IMG/VR virus record: IMGVR_UViG_3300035665_003403
Span: 84,825 to 148,824 of that record
Source of the DNA: a virus
DNA: 64,000 bases
Direction: 5' to 3' (one strand)
Shown here: in pieces, positions 20,092 through 30,110 of the stretch
How positions within the stretch are numbered: position 1 is the stretch's first letter
How the letters are laid out: every line of letters begins with the position of its first letter
Translations under genes and position numbers: made by a program
The notes under the pieces: generated by a model
Seen by the model: only the letters and a program-made list of their open reading frames with translations
Told to the model about the DNA's origin: nothing
Database searches by the model: none

Positions 20092-20129
20092 AAAAAAAGC
20101 GTAGAAAAACTCTACGCTTTTTTTATTTT
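20092..20129 (+). terminator. Intrinsic terminator (bidirectional-looking)
   Basis: AAAAAAAGCGTAGA-AAAAC-TCTACGCTTTTTTT. Confidence 0.85.
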
Positions 20130-20154
20130 TAGTAAGTTTGTTAAAAAAATTATT

Positions 20155-20319
20155 ATGTTATTAGCCCAAACTCAAGATACAATCGATTCTACATTAGAAA
20201 CCCTTGTTAATTCAAATTATTTAGAAATTATCAAAAACTTAGTTAACGATATTCACAATGATACCGACTTAGGTTTCGAAGTTAGAAAATTAATAAGTGA
20301 TTTGACTAGTGGGTCTTAA
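20155..20319 (+). CDS. Small hypothetical protein (54 aa, not in ORF track)
   Basis: MLLAQTQ...HNDTDLGFEVRKLISDLTSGS*; TAAGTTTG box at 20133-20140. Confidence 0.5.
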   Translation: MLLAQTQDTIDSTLETLVNSNYLEIIKNLVNDIHNDTDLGFEVRKLISDLTSGS

Positions 20320-20637
20320 CAATAATTTATAGCAGTTATTACCTAAGCTATCTATATCGTTTTTCCACTTGAATCCCAAGTCCATTTCTCCTTCGCTAGG
20401 TAACATAAAATTAGCGTTACCATATTCAGTTATGGTTCTATTTACGAAATCATCTAGCTTTGCTATATCTTCTTGTTCTAATCCACTATCATCTCCATTT
20501 ATTAATGAAGATATAGCCCATTCTGGGATAGTAAACTCAAGGATGTCATCCATTTCTTCACCTCTTTCTTTAAGGTAAGTATTTTCAGCTATTATATTAG
20601 CTTTTTTCATTGTTTTAAATCTGTCTTTGCTTCTCAT
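20290..20637 (-). CDS. Hypothetical late protein (start revised to 20637)
   Basis: TATTTAT (20642-20648, -) lies 4 nt before ATG of MRSKDRF; IPEWA...LINGDDSGL domain. Confidence 0.65.
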   Translation of the reverse strand: MRSKDRFKTMKKANIIAENTYLKERGEEMDDILEFTIPEWAISSLINGDDSGLEQEDIAKLDDFVNRTITEYGNANFMLPSEGEMDLGFKWKNDIDSLGNNCYKLLLRPTSQITY

Positions 20638-20650
20638 ATTAATAAATATA

Positions 20651-21796
20651 TCAATCAATCTCATTAGTCTTGGAAAAATGAGTCAATGACTCCTTTCCAT
20701 CATCAGTCTTAAGCCATTCTTTATAGTTTTTCTTATCTTCCTTAGATAATTTGCTAACTAATCTCTTTCTATCATCGTCATCACCAATTGGTGATAATTC
20801 ACCCTTTGGACTATCATAATGTTGAAATAGACCTGTACGTAACATTTCTAAATATCTTTTTCCTCTAGCTGATTTTGATTTTAATTCTTCTTCTATCATT
20901 TTTTTATGCTTCATTTCATCAACAATATCTTGAGCCTGAGAATCCCACTTAACTATTATTTCAGTACCAAAAAACTCATCTTTCTGTTTATGGTCTGATA
21001 CTCTTATTTTGGGTTCAATAATATAAAATGAATTTGTACTATTAGAATATCTTATTTTAAAACCTTTTTCACTTAACCATTTAGCTATATATTTTATTTT
21101 TACACCAGTTAATATGTTTACAAAAGAACCTATAGAGTGTGAACCCTTATTTTTTGGATAATTTTGAAAGGCTCTTAAATTTAGCTTTTTACCACCAGAT
21201 AACGTTGTAAATTCAAACTTTAAATTAGGGAAGAACTTTTTACCCTCATCAAATAATTTTTTCATAAATTCTTCATCAGGAATACCATCAGTCTCTTCAT
21301 TTAAACTTGTATTTTTAACCTGGTTAAATACACATCTATGGAAATCATCATAACTTAAATCACCACCCAATACTATAATTGGATTTTGTTTTATTGTTAG
21401 TTCCACATTAAGTGGCTTATTAAGCGTTTTCGCTGCGTAATAGCGATGATGTCCATCTTCAATGTAAAAAGCCCCATTCTCATATGTAACCTCTATAGGT
21501 TCGCTTAAATCAACCTTTTTTGACCATGTTTTCTTAGCGGTACCTAAACCCAATCCTGTTTTCTTTGCAAAATGTTCGATTTCGTGAAGAACATTAAGAT
21601 AATCATCCTTCCATTTAACCTTTAATTTATCTGGTGTAATGGTCTTTATGTCATCAAATGAAAAACCATAAGCTGCTCTATCCAAAGCTTCAATAGATAT
21701 ACCACCAGAACGTAATAATTCTTCAGATGTATTAAATTTATATACCTCATCAATTATTTCTTGTGTTATTTTTATTGGGTTACATTTATTAATCAT
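20651..21796 (-). CDS. Multidomain protein with ParB/Srx-like domain
   Basis: PIEVTYENGAFYIEDGHHRYYAA; later IRVSDH module; SLNE and MIEE junctions. Confidence 0.7.
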   Translation of the reverse strand: MINKCNPIKITQEIIDEVYKFNTSEELLRSGGISIEALDRAAYGFSFDDIKTITPDKLKVKWKDDYLNVLHEIEHFAKKTGLGLGTAKKTWSKKVDLSEPIEVTYENGAFYIEDGHHRYYAAKTLNKPLNVELTIKQNPIIVLGGDLSYDDFHRCVFNQVKNTSLNEETDGIPDEEFMKKLFDEGKKFFPNLKFEFTTLSGGKKLNLRAFQNYPKNKGSHSIGSFVNILTGVKIKYIAKWLSEKGFKIRYSNSTNSFYIIEPKIRVSDHKQKDEFFGTEIIVKWDSQAQDIVDEMKHKKMIEEELKSKSARGKRYLEMLRTGLFQHYDSPKGELSPIGDDDDRKRLVSKLSKEDKKNYKEWLKTDDGKESLTHFSKTNEID

Positions 21797-22344
21797 AACT
21801 TATAAACTTTTATCACCTTACAACCAACACCTTTATTTTTAACAACTATTTCATGCTCATTTGGAAAAGCTAAGTTTTGAACAATAGTTCTTACCGCATT
21901 AATCTCACTCAATGGACATGAAACTTCCATCACATATGGTTTAACCCCATCTTCCCAATTTTCATAACCTATTGACATCAATAAATCACCATTCAATAAC
22001 CATTTGTAAGGTGTGAAAGATTCACCCTTATTATTTAAATCAATTAATTTCTTATTCTTAACTCCAACAATCCTGTAAAGAGTTATTGGGTCACCCATAT
22101 CATTATATTCAACAATTTTATCATTAAGATATTCTTCAGCATCTTCTGAGGTATTAAACCCCTCATGACCCAAATAATCAATAATTTCTGGAGTATCATC
22201 AACAGATATATCTTTAAATGAATTCAAACCATCAATGAATTTATTTTTACGAACATTATATGGTAACTTACTCATGTAAGTAGAATAGTTATCCAATGCC
22301 TCATTTAATAACTTTTTTATTGTATTTTTATAATCAGTAATCAT
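21793..22344 (-). CDS. Putative ADP-ribosyltransferase-fold protein
   Basis: ITLYRI...GESFT...NEHEIVV (R-S-ExE-like spacing); N-terminal IKKLLNE. Confidence 0.45.
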   Translation of the reverse strand: MITDYKNTIKKLLNEALDNYSTYMSKLPYNVRKNKFIDGLNSFKDISVDDTPEIIDYLGHEGFNTSEDAEEYLNDKIVEYNDMGDPITLYRIVGVKNKKLIDLNNKGESFTPYKWLLNGDLLMSIGYENWEDGVKPYVMEVSCPLSEINAVRTIVQNLAFPNEHEIVVKNKGVGCKVIKVYKL

Positions 22345-22397
22345 TTACCATAAGTTTACCTAACAACCCTTCTATATGCATTCTAGTTTTTAAATCT

Positions 22398-23129
22398 CTA
22401 ACCTTGTTTTTTTCTTTTGATAGAGGCTTTTAAATTATTAGCATATTTCATTGGGTTTGATTTCATATATAACAAAGCTGCACCTAAATTATCAAAATGA
22501 TTATCAATTCCCAATATCAATGCATTCAAATCAATCCCATCTGGAAATACGTCATTAACCCACGAAGAATCCGATGTCATCAAGTTAACAATATCTTGTA
22601 ATATCATCATCTGATTTTCATCCAACCTTAATGAATTTAAAAATGCATTTTTACCCATAGGATTACCATTATGGTTTCCATTAAACTGACTTACCAAATC
22701 ATAGTTAGTTTCACTTATTGATTCCGATTCACCAATAACCCTATCATACATACTATGAACAATACCATCCATTTCATCCTTTAATTCTTCTGGAGTAATT
22801 TCTGGTTTTAACCAATAATAAACTTGTCCTTCATCATCATCTGAAAATAGTAATCCGTAACCTTCTAAATTATGTAGTATTTTTTTCTCGTATGGTGAAT
22901 TAGAACTATAATACCCATCATCCATATTTTTAGTTAATCCATTAAATACATTCTCACCAGATTGAATCAAAAATTTATATTCATCCCTGGTAATATGTGT
23001 TCCACTATTATGGTCACTATAATAACCACCATCAGATGCCACTCTTTCATTCTCATTTAATTTCTTGGTCACTTTCCAGAAATTTTCAATAATTAATTTA
23101 TCCCTTTCTTTTATACTTATCTTTTTCAT
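22398..23129 (-). CDS. Hypothetical late protein
   Basis: TATTTAT at 23145-23151 (-); KLIIE/KKLNE leader. Confidence 0.65.
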   Translation of the reverse strand: MKKISIKERDKLIIENFWKVTKKLNENERVASDGGYYSDHNSGTHITRDEYKFLIQSGENVFNGLTKNMDDGYYSSNSPYEKKILHNLEGYGLLFSDDDEGQVYYWLKPEITPEELKDEMDGIVHSMYDRVIGESESISETNYDLVSQFNGNHNGNPMGKNAFLNSLRLDENQMMILQDIVNLMTSDSSWVNDVFPDGIDLNALILGIDNHFDNLGAALLYMKSNPMKYANNLKASIKRKKQG

Positions 23130-23156
23130 AAAATTGATTTATATATAAATATCCCA

Positions 23157-24851
23157 TTAATCAACAATAAACTCATATTTAAATAATCCACAATCCCATA
23201 TCCTATCATAACCTAATTCGGTCATCAATTGCTTCTCAGACTTACTAAAATCCAAATGAGGAAACTTCTTTTTTAAAGAATTCTTCCCAAATCCAAATTT
23301 ATGTAGTCTCTTGGTTCTAGATATACTAGAATTGAAATACCTATAATCTGGACCTAATATTTTAACACATTTAAACCCAATCGATAAATACATGTTTTTA
23401 TTTCCATCAATCCAACGCACATCACCAAATGATATAATTTTTTCTGGTTGATATAGTTTTATGAAATGCTTCATTAATTTATTAGCTATACCAGTAATCT
23501 TATATTCATTCGTTGTAGCGAATCTACTCAAATCATAAACACCATCTACCTTACCAGAATTCATTCCTCTAACACCATTAAATGTCATAATAGCAACTAA
23601 TTTATTATCAAAGAAAGCACCTAAACATATATTGGTCGCATCATTACCCTGGATATGGTATTTCTTTAAAAATTCCTTCTTAGATTCTAAATCAACTTCC
23701 CTAATATCACATTTCCTAGCACCTATATTTTTATTCTTATTCACCCCAAGTATATAGTCTATTTTATTAAGCACCAACTCTCTATTATTAACCCATTCAT
23801 CTTCAAATATATGAATTAATCGATACCCAATACTATTCATTAGCTTTGTTTTTGTTAGATGAAATTGCCTATCCTTACCAAATTTTTCACTATGATAATA
23901 CAATCCATTATATTCTATACCTAATTTTAGGTCATCTATTAATATATCAATCTCAACCCCTGATAATAATTTTTTATCATTCATCTTAACAGTAAATCCC
24001 AATTCGGCAATATGATTATAAATTTCTATTTGAGCTTTACTGGAAAATACGTTTTCATGTAATCTTAACCCATTATCATATCTAACCCTTAACTCATCTT
24101 TGTATCTATTTGAAAGAATCTTATCATTAGGATACTTTATCCTATATTCAAATAATGTAATACCATGTTTATTCAAATGCTTAGCACCCAAATATCTAAG
24201 TTTTTTACCACAAATATTACAAATAACGTGATTATCCTCTAACAACAAATCCTTATTCTTTATATAATTCTTATGAAATACAATATCCTCTGGGAACCTA
24301 ACCAAATAATCATTTAAACCAATCTCATGTTTAATTAAATGATTCTCAAAACACCCAGTCCTATTATCAACATCACTCGTAACCCAATTACATAATTTAC
24401 ATTTCCTAGTCAAGGTCTCTTCAACTTCAATTATATCAAAATATTCCTCAAACCATTTTTTACCATACTCTAACTCATACTTCTTTCGTTGATATGTGTT
24501 GTTTGGTATGGGTACATCACCATATGTCTTTATAATATGATTAGTTAAAACCCCAGATAAATTATTTGGGTCGTCAAACTCTAATTTTGTTTGCTTACAA
24601 ACTGCAATGAATTTTTTACCATCACTACCAATATATTTGTTGGTCTTACTTTTTTCTATAATAACACTATTACCATCCTTGACTTGACCACCACGCTTTT
24701 TAATTGATATAAGGTTATCATTTAATATTTTGGTTATCTTCTTATGCCCCACACTAAATCTCTTTCCTAACTCATGTGTGCTGATATTTTCTGATTGATA
24801 TAATTTAATGATGGTATTTTCATCGTCCTTGGTTAATATTGTTTTACTCAT
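23157..24851 (-). CDS. Hef-like homing endonuclease (Zn fingers + PD-(D/E)xK + GNAT-like domain)
   Basis: CKLC..H..H and CNIC..H..H; EIDI...IEYNGLYYH...IHIFEDEW; FL..YHIQG, SRFAT, SFGDVRW, RIWDCG. Confidence 0.8.
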   Translation of the reverse strand: MSKTILTKDDENTIIKLYQSENISTHELGKRFSVGHKKITKILNDNLISIKKRGGQVKDGNSVIIEKSKTNKYIGSDGKKFIAVCKQTKLEFDDPNNLSGVLTNHIIKTYGDVPIPNNTYQRKKYELEYGKKWFEEYFDIIEVEETLTRKCKLCNWVTSDVDNRTGCFENHLIKHEIGLNDYLVRFPEDIVFHKNYIKNKDLLLEDNHVICNICGKKLRYLGAKHLNKHGITLFEYRIKYPNDKILSNRYKDELRVRYDNGLRLHENVFSSKAQIEIYNHIAELGFTVKMNDKKLLSGVEIDILIDDLKLGIEYNGLYYHSEKFGKDRQFHLTKTKLMNSIGYRLIHIFEDEWVNNRELVLNKIDYILGVNKNKNIGARKCDIREVDLESKKEFLKKYHIQGNDATNICLGAFFDNKLVAIMTFNGVRGMNSGKVDGVYDLSRFATTNEYKITGIANKLMKHFIKLYQPEKIISFGDVRWIDGNKNMYLSIGFKCVKILGPDYRYFNSSISRTKRLHKFGFGKNSLKKKFPHLDFSKSEKQLMTELGYDRIWDCGLFKYEFIVD

Positions 24852-24935
24852 AATTTTTATTCAAACTTACTAAATTATTTTCATATAAATACACTTATAA
24901 CCAATTTATTTTTATTCCATTTAAATTTACACCAA

Positions 24936-24970
24936 AAAAAAAGTCCAGCATTTCTGCCAGACTTTTTTTT
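24936..24970 (-). terminator. Terminator after the major capsid gene
   Basis: AAAAAAGTC...GCA-TTTC-TGC...GACTTTTTT imperfect hairpin with U-tract. Confidence 0.7.
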
Positions 24971-24987
24971 CAAATATTTCTTAGTGA

Positions 24988-26850
24988 TTATCTAAGTTCG
25001 TTGATGTTGAATGTTGGTACACCATCTACTCTAACATGTCCATAGAACCTGTTATTTACAAGCTTCTTCGCGTAACGTGTCATGATTCCTTTTACAGGTG
25101 CGAAGTTAAATGGATTATACATTGTTGGAGTCAATTGCATTGGTACGTAAGGAGCATAGATATATCCTGTATCCAATAATGATTTTCCTTTATGACCAAT
25201 GATAATTGAGTAAGCTGGAGCATAAGGGTCACGATACACTTGGTAACGTCCACTTAAAGAACCAATTCTTTCAATACCCATGTTATAAGTATCTTGTTCT
25301 GGAGATGCATCAGATACGTGGAAATATTCCAAGTTATCGAATATCGCAGAGATTTCAGAAGAAACTACGATGAAGTTAGCACCACCTCTAAGAGTTGCTT
25401 TATGGATTTGAGCAGAAACTTGGTTTACACGAGTAATAAGTTCTTGGTTCCAGTCCTTTTGAGTATATGGGTTAGCAGCACTTGAAGATTTTCTCCAACC
25501 GTTATAATCCCATCTCAACTGCCATGCAGCACCTTTACGTAAATCTCTAAGGATTTCACGGTCAATTTCAGCAGCTACTTGTTCTGATAACATTGCAGTT
25601 AATTCAGCTTCAGCATCGATGTTGTGGAATGCACTAACGTCTTGAGCCAATTCTGGTGACCATGTTGCACGTAATTTTCTTTCTTCAACAGAAACAGTTA
25701 CTTCATCCAATGAGAATGATACTTCACCCATTTCAGTTTCAAGTTCTAATGATGCGTATTGTGCCCAAGCAACAGTAAACGATGCTCCAGATACACCAGC
25801 AGAAGCTGTAGCTAAATTAGCAGGTGCAGAACTATTGTTTACAAAGAATGCAGTAGTTCGTCCAGTTGCACCAACATAACCATCAAATGTAGCAGTACCA
25901 TTAGCAGGTACTGGACCACTTAAGTCAAGACCTAAGTACAAAGTACCAGTTGCGTCAGTTAAGTTAGAATAGTTAACAATACCTTTACCATATTGTTGAG
26001 TTACAACTCTAAAAGGAATTTCCTTATTAGCATCAATAATTGTGTTATTATTCGGGTCACGAATAACACCATTAGAGATTACGTGCAATGAAGCCAAGAA
26101 AGATTCAGTATCCATTTGGTTACCATCAGCACCAGTCAAAACTGATTTGTTAGTTGCACCTGGAGTAAATCCCGTTACACCAATAACAACTTGTCTAACT
26201 GTACCATCAGTTGCAAGTGGTTGTGTACCACCGTTAGCAATAGCCGTATAAGTACCATTTGAATCTAAAGTCCAGCTGTTATATCCACCAGTAACGATTG
26301 TAAGAGTACCTTTTGAGTTATCAAACAAACCATCATTGTAGAATGCATCATACAAGTTTTTAGCTTGCATTTGAGTTATAGCACAATTAGCAGTGTTAAC
26401 ACAACTTGGAATACCTGTTGAGGCAAAACTAGTGTGAGCTGAATATGTTGTACCATAAACATCAGAAGATGATGTGGTTGTATAATCATTACCAGCAACA
26501 CCAGCACCGTCTACACGAGAAGATGTTTGTGGTATGAAATAAAACAATTTACCAATTGGTAAGTTCATAGCTTGAACTGAAACTAAGTCATTAGCCAAAA
26601 GCTTAGAGAATACTCTACGTACAATTGGGAAAACAACAGTTTCGAATGAACCTGAATTAGTTGCTGTAGTTGTTTCTTTCAACAACGATGTTGCTTGGTT
26701 TTCAAAAAGAATCGCAACGTTTTCTCTGATGTGTCCTTTAAGACCATCTAGGAACCCTATTGATTCCCATTTTTCTTGTGTTTCTTTACGGACAGCTTTC
26801 ATATGGTCTAAACCAATATTTCCAACTAATCCTGAATTTAATATCGACAT
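24988..26850 (-). CDS. Major capsid protein (T4 gp23-like)
   Basis: LFENQ, PIVRRVF..L.ANDLVSVQAM..P.G, RKLRATWSPELAQD, EIDREI, YAPYVP, GIMTRY. Confidence 0.97.
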   Translation of the reverse strand: MSILNSGLVGNIGLDHMKAVRKETQEKWESIGFLDGLKGHIRENVAILFENQATSLLKETTTATNSGSFETVVFPIVRRVFSKLLANDLVSVQAMNLPIGKLFYFIPQTSSRVDGAGVAGNDYTTTSSSDVYGTTYSAHTSFASTGIPSCVNTANCAITQMQAKNLYDAFYNDGLFDNSKGTLTIVTGGYNSWTLDSNGTYTAIANGGTQPLATDGTVRQVVIGVTGFTPGATNKSVLTGADGNQMDTESFLASLHVISNGVIRDPNNNTIIDANKEIPFRVVTQQYGKGIVNYSNLTDATGTLYLGLDLSGPVPANGTATFDGYVGATGRTTAFFVNNSSAPANLATASAGVSGASFTVAWAQYASLELETEMGEVSFSLDEVTVSVEERKLRATWSPELAQDVSAFHNIDAEAELTAMLSEQVAAEIDREILRDLRKGAAWQLRWDYNGWRKSSSAANPYTQKDWNQELITRVNQVSAQIHKATLRGGANFIVVSSEISAIFDNLEYFHVSDASPEQDTYNMGIERIGSLSGRYQVYRDPYAPAYSIIIGHKGKSLLDTGYIYAPYVPMQLTPTMYNPFNFAPVKGIMTRYAKKLVNNRFYGHVRVDGVPTFNINELR

Positions 26851-26896
26851 TTTTTATTTATTTTTGTCTTTTGTTATTTTTTTTTTTATCTGAGAA

Positions 26897-28108
26897 TTAA
26901 CCTTTAATTCCCATTAACTGTCTTACCTTTAAAATTTGTGGGTCAACGTAAGCGGTTTTTTCAGTCAACAAAGTTGAACTACCACTAGACATACCTTTTG
27001 TAATCTTATTATCGATTGATTCAGTTATTTTCTTAGAATTCAATTCACCAAGAATTGTCTTATACAATTTCTTAGATTCAATCAAATTACTAACTCCTTC
27101 GTCAAATCTTTTGATGATATCAGCTTTTTCCTGTTTAGTTGTTGTGTTTTCCATAAACAACTTAGTTACATATGTTAAGTTAGTGTTGAAAACAACAGTT
27201 TCGATAAGCTTATCTTTGAATTGCTTCAAAGCTTTCTTTACGTCATCATTTTCGCTCTTTAACTTAGCAACTTCACTTAATAATTGTTTGTTCTTAGCAA
27301 CAGCTTCAGTTAATAGTTTTTGGTTTTTTGCAACGCTTTCAGTTCTAACTCCAGCACCTTTTATATCAGTTAAATCACTATAAGCTTTTCCTGATTGTGC
27401 AGTTCCTTTTGTGATAAGTTCATTGATTGGCTCTTCGATTTCTTCCTCTTCTTCACCAGATTCAGCATCTGATGGGGTTGGAACATCTTCTAAATCATCA
27501 ACAGAATCTTCACCACCAAATTCAGAACCAGCGTCATCATCCATTTCTATCTCATACTCAACATCATCATCTCCACCTAAATCAGCACCTAATTCCCCGC
27601 CCAAGTCAATTTCACTTGAACCACCTAAATCAGCTGCTGGGGTTTCGTTTTGTTTTATAACATATTCACCAGGTTCAGATACTGTCAAATGAATGTCAGT
27701 TCCAACTACTTTGATTTCATCCTCACCACTAAGTTTTTTGTAAACTGCGATAATATCATCATCTGATGCAGCTGTCATATCAAGTTCTTCACCACCCAAC
27801 GCATCAGCGTCCATTCCTAATTCTTGACCTGGAGTATCCACATCAACTATATCGGTGCTTGTTATGTCTGTTACATCTGTAGTTGTATCTACACTATCCA
27901 TAGGTGTTGTTTCCATTTCTGTATCATCACCCATTTCTGTTTCGATATCTTCTTCCTCGAAATCACTTTCTAAAAGTGATTCCTTAACAACAGCATTAAT
28001 TTCTTCTCGTGCTACGTCTCGAAGTATTTCTTTAGCATTGTTGTTTAACGCTTCTTTAATTTTTTGGATATCTAACATAGAATCCTCAAATACCGTTTTT
28101 TTACTCAT
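26897..28108 (-). CDS. Prohead core/scaffold protein (gp22-like)
   Basis: Acidic disordered middle, coiled-coil C-terminus, many L/I-x-E sites; sits between protease and capsid. Confidence 0.8.
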   Translation of the reverse strand: MSKKTVFEDSMLDIQKIKEALNNNAKEILRDVAREEINAVVKESLLESDFEEEDIETEMGDDTEMETTPMDSVDTTTDVTDITSTDIVDVDTPGQELGMDADALGGEELDMTAASDDDIIAVYKKLSGEDEIKVVGTDIHLTVSEPGEYVIKQNETPAADLGGSSEIDLGGELGADLGGDDDVEYEIEMDDDAGSEFGGEDSVDDLEDVPTPSDAESGEEEEEIEEPINELITKGTAQSGKAYSDLTDIKGAGVRTESVAKNQKLLTEAVAKNKQLLSEVAKLKSENDDVKKALKQFKDKLIETVVFNTNLTYVTKLFMENTTTKQEKADIIKRFDEGVSNLIESKKLYKTILGELNSKKITESIDNKITKGMSSGSSTLLTEKTAYVDPQILKVRQLMGIKG

Positions 28109-28222
28109 AATTTTATTTTTTTTATTTAAAAAAAATTTAACTTATTTAGATGATAAACACCTCATTTCACAATAAATACATATGTGTTATTCAAAAAAAC
28201 AAATTAATACTAAAAAATATTT

Positions 28223-30049
28223 TTATTTTAGTAAAAATTTATTTAAATTTTCTATTAGTACTTTGTTTTTATTATCACTAACATCTTCTCTAATGCTTGA
28301 ATTCATTGGCTTTTCATTAAATATATAAGCTCCTGGAGTACTAGGTGTGCTTACTATATCCCAACAAATAATTTCGAAGTCATCTTGAACAATATTTTGT
28401 CCTTTAACCTCTTTAAGACTACCAATCCCTCTAGATGATACTCCAATCTTAATTTTATTTCTTAATAAATTTGCTATATCATCACCCTTTGTTGATACAA
28501 TACCATAATTAATAAATCCTGGTGTCATCAGTATTTCCATCTTACCCATCAATGCGTTACCTTCCCACCATGTTTCAATGATGTTATGTGATACTCTATC
28601 TAACGAAATAACAGAGTCCTCTGGGTGATTACAATTGTGTGTCCAAACTATCTTATTATTTTGTTTCATTAACCAAGTTTTATTTGGAACGGAAACACAA
28701 TAAACAAAATCATTGTGTGGTATTAACTCAACTTTTGTAAATCTATTATCCAAATAAATACCCTTACCTGTTCTTTCTCTGATAATATTTAATTCTTTAC
28801 TATTCGAAGCTTTAATCAATCTAGGAACTCTTTTATTTACCTTAGTCAAAACTAATTCACCATCAACTTCAGTTTCAATAAATTCTCTTTTAATATCATA
28901 TATTAATCTATCTTTTGGTATAATCTTATTACATGTAGCACCACTACCAATTTTCAACATTACTTCTAAAACATCATCTTTTAATTTAGTTGATGTTGTA
29001 CAATATTCTTTGATAAGAATTCCTTTACTACTTGAACTATTCTTCCCATCACCAATTAATAACCATTTTAGTAATATGTTTAATAATCTAGGTGACCAAT
29101 TTTTAGCGTACTCTGGTATAAATTTATTGTGTGAATCACCCAAAACCTTTAAATGGTTATGTAGTTTTTCATTAGTCACTGTAAATTGTCTATCACCATA
29201 TAATTTAAAATTAAACGGTAATTTCTCTAACAATTCCTTAATTAAATTTTGTTGTTTACTTTTTACTTGGGTAATTGTAACTCTATTTTTATTTTTACCA
29301 CCCTTACTACCATCAGTATGCCCTTCAGATATGAATATACCTAAAAATGCAGCCCAATCTTCAGTTTTTATAGTGATATCAGTATCTGGTATAGTGAAAA
29401 ACTCACTATCATCCCCATCCCAAACCCCAGAGTGTTTAATATGAGAATGTGACACTCTAGAATCCCCATTCAATATTTTATTGTATAACTCTTCACCAGT
29501 TAAAATATATGGTTTATTGGTTCTATCCCATAAAATAACTTTATGATTTTTAGTTATAGTCATATCCAAACCACTTTCATTATAAACCCTAATTAAATCG
29601 TCATCATAATGTTTTTTTATAGTTTTACTAATTGGTTGTACTTCTAATTTATTCGACTCTAAATTAAATGTGAATATCTCATCACCCTCAATTACTGTAT
29701 CAATATCAACCCAACCATTCTTAGTGAATATTTGAGTTTCTTTTGGGACACACTCTCCTATTGCATTTCTATCCTTGATTGCTTGTTGATAAACTAAATT
29801 TTGTTGCTTAAGAATTTGTTCTGGGTATATTCTACCATTTCTATTTAATACACCATATTTTTGTAATAAGACATAAACAATCAATGGGTCTGACATTGAA
29901 CCCAAGCTGACACCTGATTCCAATTTTTTTATTTCATTAATGAAACCCTGATTTCTTGGTTCTAATGGATTAATAAATCCAGAATCGGATTCAATCAAAT
30001 AACCCCATCCTGTTTCACCCTTCTTAAGAATTTTTGCTTCTTTTATCAT
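28223..30049 (-). CDS. Prohead protease (T4 gp21-like) with intein
   Basis: NRNGRIYP, GE|intein|CNHPE, VSHNI, IGVSSRGIG, DIVSTPSTPGA. Confidence 0.92.
   Translation of the reverse strand: MIKEAKILKKGETGWGYLIESDSGFINPLEPRNQGFINEIKKLESGVSLGSMSDPLIVYVLLQKYGVLNRNGRIYPEQILKQQNLVYQQAIKDRNAIGECVPKETQIFTKNGWVDIDTVIEGDEIFTFNLESNKLEVQPISKTIKKHYDDDLIRVYNESGLDMTITKNHKVILWDRTNKPYILTGEELYNKILNGDSRVSHSHIKHSGVWDGDDSEFFTIPDTDITIKTEDWAAFLGIFISEGHTDGSKGGKNKNRVTITQVKSKQQNLIKELLEKLPFNFKLYGDRQFTVTNEKLHNHLKVLGDSHNKFIPEYAKNWSPRLLNILLKWLLIGDGKNSSSSKGILIKEYCTTSTKLKDDVLEVMLKIGSGATCNKIIPKDRLIYDIKREFIETEVDGELVLTKVNKRVPRLIKASNSKELNIIRERTGKGIYLDNRFTKVELIPHNDFVYCVSVPNKTWLMKQNNKIVWTHNCNHPEDSVISLDRVSHNIIETWWEGNALMGKMEILMTPGFINYGIVSTKGDDIANLLRNKIKIGVSSRGIGSLKEVKGQNIVQDDFEIICWDIVSTPSTPGAYIFNEKPMNSSIREDVSDNKNKVLIENLNKFLLK
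28634..29752 (-). mobile_element. Intein (373 aa) with LAGLIDADG endonuclease in the prohead protease
   Basis: Starts CVPKETQIFTKNGW; TKNHK block B; FLGIFISEG / WLLIGDG; ends VYCVSVP...WTHN|C. Confidence 0.92.
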
Positions 30050-30073
30050 ATTAATAAATATGGTTATTAAAAC

Positions 30074-30109
30074 AAAAAAACCCTGTTAGTTTTACTTAAC
30101 AGGGTTTTT
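30074..30109 (-). terminator. Intrinsic terminator
   Basis: AAAAACCCTGTTA...TAACAGGGTTTTT inverted repeat. Confidence 0.8.
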
Positions 30110-30110
30110 A

